From Bacteroidia bacterium (lineage in GTDB: Bacteria > Bacteroidota > Bacteroidia > B-17B0 > Aurantibacillaceae): a stretch of 64,000 nucleotides of DNA. A model generated the notes under the pieces. It was not told the DNA's origin, ran no database searches, and worked only from the letters and a program-made list of their open reading frames with translations. The stretch covers positions 39,864 through 103,863 of the forward strand of contig JAIOZA010000008.1 of assembly GCA_021740825.1 (NCBI GenBank). The letters run 5' to 3'. A program made the translations under genes and the position numbers. How positions within the stretch are numbered: position 1 is the stretch's first letter; the number at the start of each line of letters is the position of its first letter. Positions 61,049 to 64,000 of the stretch are shown here, piece after piece.

Positions 61049-64000
61049 ATGAAACATATTTTAATATTTATGTTGTCGATTATTTCGACATGTTACTTTT
61101 CTCAAAATTATTTACTCAATGGTACTACAAATGGTACCACTATTTCAGGTTGTAGTGGTAATTTTTATGATGATGGAGGTGCAGGTTTAGGTGCTAATGG
61201 TGAGTATTCCAATAACGCAAACTGGACAATAACATTTTGTCCAAATACTCCAGGCGATAAGGTTAATTTATTGTTTACTGCATTTGATGTTGAAAATGGG
61301 TGGGATTTCATGTACATTTATGATGGCATTAATACAGCTGCCCCTTCTTTAGGTGTTTATTCTGGCGCTGTTACTCCTATTGGTAATGTACAAGCAACAG
61401 CTTCAAATGCATCAGGATGTATTACAATTAGTTTTACATCTGACGGCTCAGGTACTTATGGTGGTTGGCGTGCTGCAATTTCTTGTGTAACTCCTTGCGA
61501 AATTATCAATTCTGTGCTCAATAGTTCTACTCCGGCAGCTGGAGCAGGAGGAGTAATTAGAGTTTGTCAAGGTGCAAGCGTCACTTTTAATGGTAGCGGA
61601 ACTTTTTCGTCAAATAGTTCAGCGGGTGCTAATTATTCTTGGGATTTTGATAATGGCTTAACTAGCTCAAGTCAAACGGCGACTACTACTTATTCGGCTC
61701 CCGGCGTTTATGTGGTTAATTTAAATATTAATAAAGCTGGTTGCATTAATTACAATAAAATTAACCAAATCGTTCATGTATCTACCACGCCCTCTTTTTC
61801 TGCAACAACCACAAGCACCAATTCAATTTGCCTGGGGCAAACAGCAACACTCATTGGTTCCGTTACGCCAACTCCATTTGTTACAAACTGCACTCCTCCT
61901 ATAGCGGGTACAACTTTTTTGCCGGATGGTTCTGGTGTTTCTTATCAAACGTGTATAACGGTTGATTGTTTTCCTTCAAATCAAACAGTTACTTCTGCAT
62001 CAGACATAGCAAATATTTGTATTAACATGGAACACTCTTACCTAGGTGATTTACAAATAGAGATAATCTGTCCAAATGGCACAATCGTGCCTTTAAAAAC
62101 TTACGCGCAAGGTGGTGGAGGAACATACTTAGGAAATGCTTTAGATGATGGAACAACTAATCCAGGAACAGGAGCTAATTATTGTTTTTCTATGACTGGA
62201 ACTGATCTTTTAGTAAACGGACCAACTGTAAATTCTGGCAATCCTACTGGATTATCTATTGCTGCGGGCACTTATTCTCCTGCCGCAAGTTTTGCTGACC
62301 TAGTAGGATGTCCGTTAAATGGTGGTTGGTGTATTAAAATTACAGATAATTTAAATCTTGATAACGGAACTATATTTAACTGGGATGTGAACTTTTCAAC
62401 CGCAATTCCGGCCTCACTATCATTTACACCGAGCATTGTTTCTCAAACCTGGTCTGGAGCAAGCATTACTTCAACAGTTGGTAATAATGCGGTAATTACA
62501 CCAACGTCAACAGGTACAAAATGTTACACTTTAACTGCTGTAGATAATTTTGGTTGTAGTTATACAACCGTTCAATGCGTCACAGTTACACCAGGTTCAT
62601 ATGCTGGAGTTAGTAATACCTTGGCAGTTTGTAACTCTGCAGCCTCTACAAATTTATTTTCTTTACTTGGAACAGGTGTTGCAACAACAGGCAGTTGGAC
62701 TGGCCCTACACCTGCTCTAACAGGTGGTAATTTAGGTACTTTTAATCCTGCTGGGTTAACTGCAGGTGCTTATAATTATACGTATACGGTTCCTGCTTCA
62801 GGTAGCTGTCCTCCATCCACCGCTATTGTATCAGTAACGGTTCGGCCAAAGCCATCAGCCACTTTAACGTTTACTAATCCAACCTGTGCAAATCCAACTG
62901 GAGGTATCATAAATATTATTAATACATCTTCGCCATTACCTCCGCCAGCACAAACTATTTCAAGTTTCGGAAGTAGTTTAGGTTCAATTTCAGGACAAAC
63001 GGTTACCGGATTAGGTTCGGTAACACCAGTTATTACATTAACCAATAATTATGGATGTACATTTACGGTCTCAGCTACATTAACTTTAGCTCCTGGACCT
63101 ACAGCATTTTCTTTGACGCCATCAAATACAACCTGTGGCAATAATAATGGGACCTTAACATTTGGCGCACCCATAACTGGAGGTACTGCGCCCTACACCT
63201 ATTCAGTAAATGGCGCAGCTGCAACTTCGGTAACATCAAGTTTATCAGTAGGCAATTATTCAGTTATAATTAAAGATGCAAACGGTTGTTCAATTACTCA
63301 AACAACGGCTATTACTGCATTATCATCGCCAACAGCTATTTCAGGATCTACTACACAAGCAAGTTGTAATACAAATAACGGAACATTTAGCGTTACAGGA
63401 GTTTCTGGAGGTACAGCCGTTTACACATACAGCGTAGATGGAGTTGGTACAACAAGTTTAACAAGTGGTTTGGCAGCCGGAACTCATACAATTTTAGTAA
63501 GAGATGCTAATGGATGTATTTTCAGCAGAACGTTTATTATTGGAACAGCAAGTGGCCCCTCAAGTTTTGTAGTCAACACAACAAATTCAAATTGTGGATT
63601 AGCGAACGGCACATCCACTGTATCAGGAGTAGTTGGAGGCACCCCAACCTATAGTTTTTCTTTTGATGGCGGAGCATTTGGCACAGGAACCACTGCTTCA
63701 GGTTTAACTGCTGGGAATCATACGGTAGTTGTAAAAGATATTAATGCTTGTACATTGACAGTTACATATAGTGTTTCAAATAATGCACCCCCAACAGCAG
63801 CTATTTCAAGTTCACTAAATGTGCTATGTAATGGCTCATCAACAGGTAGTTTAACAGTAGTTCCCACGGGTGGCACAGGTCCATATACTTATACACTAAC
63901 AAGTCCAACTCAAACCAATACAACTGGAGCATTTGCAAGTTTACCTGCTGGAACTTATAGTATAACTGTGAAAGATAATTTTGCATGTACAGCAACAGTT
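61049..64000 (+). CDS. Giant SprB-repeat-type cell-surface protein, N-terminal 984 aa (3' end beyond window)
   Basis: The frame is open from ATG 61049 to the window end and is not in the ORF track because there is no stop. A signal peptide (MKHILIFMLSIISTCYFSQ) is followed by a CUB-like module and a proprotein-convertase P-domain-like segment (MEHSYLGDLQIEIICPNG). Then come repeated ~80-85-aa units C.N.NGT......GGT.PYTYS..G........L..G.Y...V.D.NGC. Confidence 0.8.
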   Translation, partial: MKHILIFMLSIISTCYFSQNYLLNGTTNGTTISGCSGNFYDDGGAGLGANGEYSNNANWTITFCPNTPGDKVNLLFTAFDVENGWDFMYIYDGINTAAPSLGVYSGAVTPIGNVQATASNASGCITISFTSDGSGTYGGWRAAISCVTPCEIINSVLNSSTPAAGAGGVIRVCQGASVTFNGSGTFSSNSSAGANYSWDFDNGLTSSSQTATTTYSAPGVYVVNLNINKAGCINYNKINQIVHVSTTPSFSATTTSTNSICLGQTATLIGSVTPTPFVTNCTPPIAGTTFLPDGSGVSYQTCITVDCFPSNQTVTSASDIANICINMEHSYLGDLQIEIICPNGTIVPLKTYAQGGGGTYLGNALDDGTTNPGTGANYCFSMTGTDLLVNGPTVNSGNPTGLSIAAGTYSPAASFADLVGCPLNGGWCIKITDNLNLDNGTIFNWDVNFSTAIPASLSFTPSIVSQTWSGASITSTVGNNAVITPTSTGTKCYTLTAVDNFGCSYTTVQCVTVTPGSYAGVSNTLAVCNSAASTNLFSLLGTGVATTGSWTGPTPALTGGNLGTFNPAGLTAGAYNYTYTVPASGSCPPSTAIVSVTVRPKPSATLTFTNPTCANPTGGIINIINTSSPLPPPAQTISSFGSSLGSISGQTVTGLGSVTPVITLTNNYGCTFTVSATLTLAPGPTAFSLTPSNTTCGNNNGTLTFGAPITGGTAPYTYSVNGAAATSVTSSLSVGNYSVIIKDANGCSITQTTAITALSSPTAISGSTTQASCNTNNGTFSVTGVSGGTAVYTYSVDGVGTTSLTSGLAAGTHTILVRDANGCIFSRTFIIGTASGPSSFVVNTTNSNCGLANGTSTVSGVVGGTPTYSFSFDGGAFGTGTTASGLTAGNHTVVVKDINACTLTVTYSVSNNAPPTAAISSSLNVLCNGSSTGSLTVVPTGGTGPYTYTLTSPTQTNTTGAFASLPAGTYSITVKDNFACTATV

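Noticed and set aside
62776-63995. Minus-strand ORFs 62776-63045 and 63801-63995.
   Set aside because: They lie antisense within the long open SprB-repeat frame (61049 to the window end), whose repeat structure is clearly coding.

Overview
AT-rich chromosomal segment that looks like a Bacteroidota (Flavobacteriia-like) genome. It has T9SS C-terminal sorting domains, gliding-motility type-B CTDs, SprB-type repeats, TAnnTTTG promoter boxes and many overlapping TTG/GTG starts. I call 47 CDS (two cut by the window edges) and one tRNA-Arg(UCU). I found no rRNA, no CRISPR array and no recognisable integrase or transposase. The backbone holds a mannoside-degradation trio (cutC, GH2 beta-mannosidase, GH92), hflX, pheS, ribF, asd, comF, an HtrA protease, envelope glycosyltransferases, a FadL/SGNH-like/esterase trio and six very large secreted surface proteins. 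Four things stand out. (1) A 715-bp single-gene ORF6N cassette is bracketed by 34-nt direct repeats that duplicate the 3' end of hflX, and carries a 27-nt palindrome present twice. (2) A roughly 7.6-kb accessory region lies against the 3' end of tRNA-Arg (about 29.75-37.36 kb). It contains a very AT-rich orphan gene flanked by TTACAA-N2-TTGTAA dyads, then a compact five-gene cassette: an exported legumain-like Cys protease, an unknown protein, an unannotated 59-aa membrane peptide, an anchored TPR protein and an all-pentapeptide-repeat protein. A tripartite split-HipA (HipBST-like) toxin-antitoxin module follows. (3) A REP-like double-hairpin element sits in frame inside a flavoprotein gene. 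(4) An SGNH-fold lipoprotein appears to lack its catalytic Ser and His. All functional calls come from motif recognition by eye, since no database search was possible.
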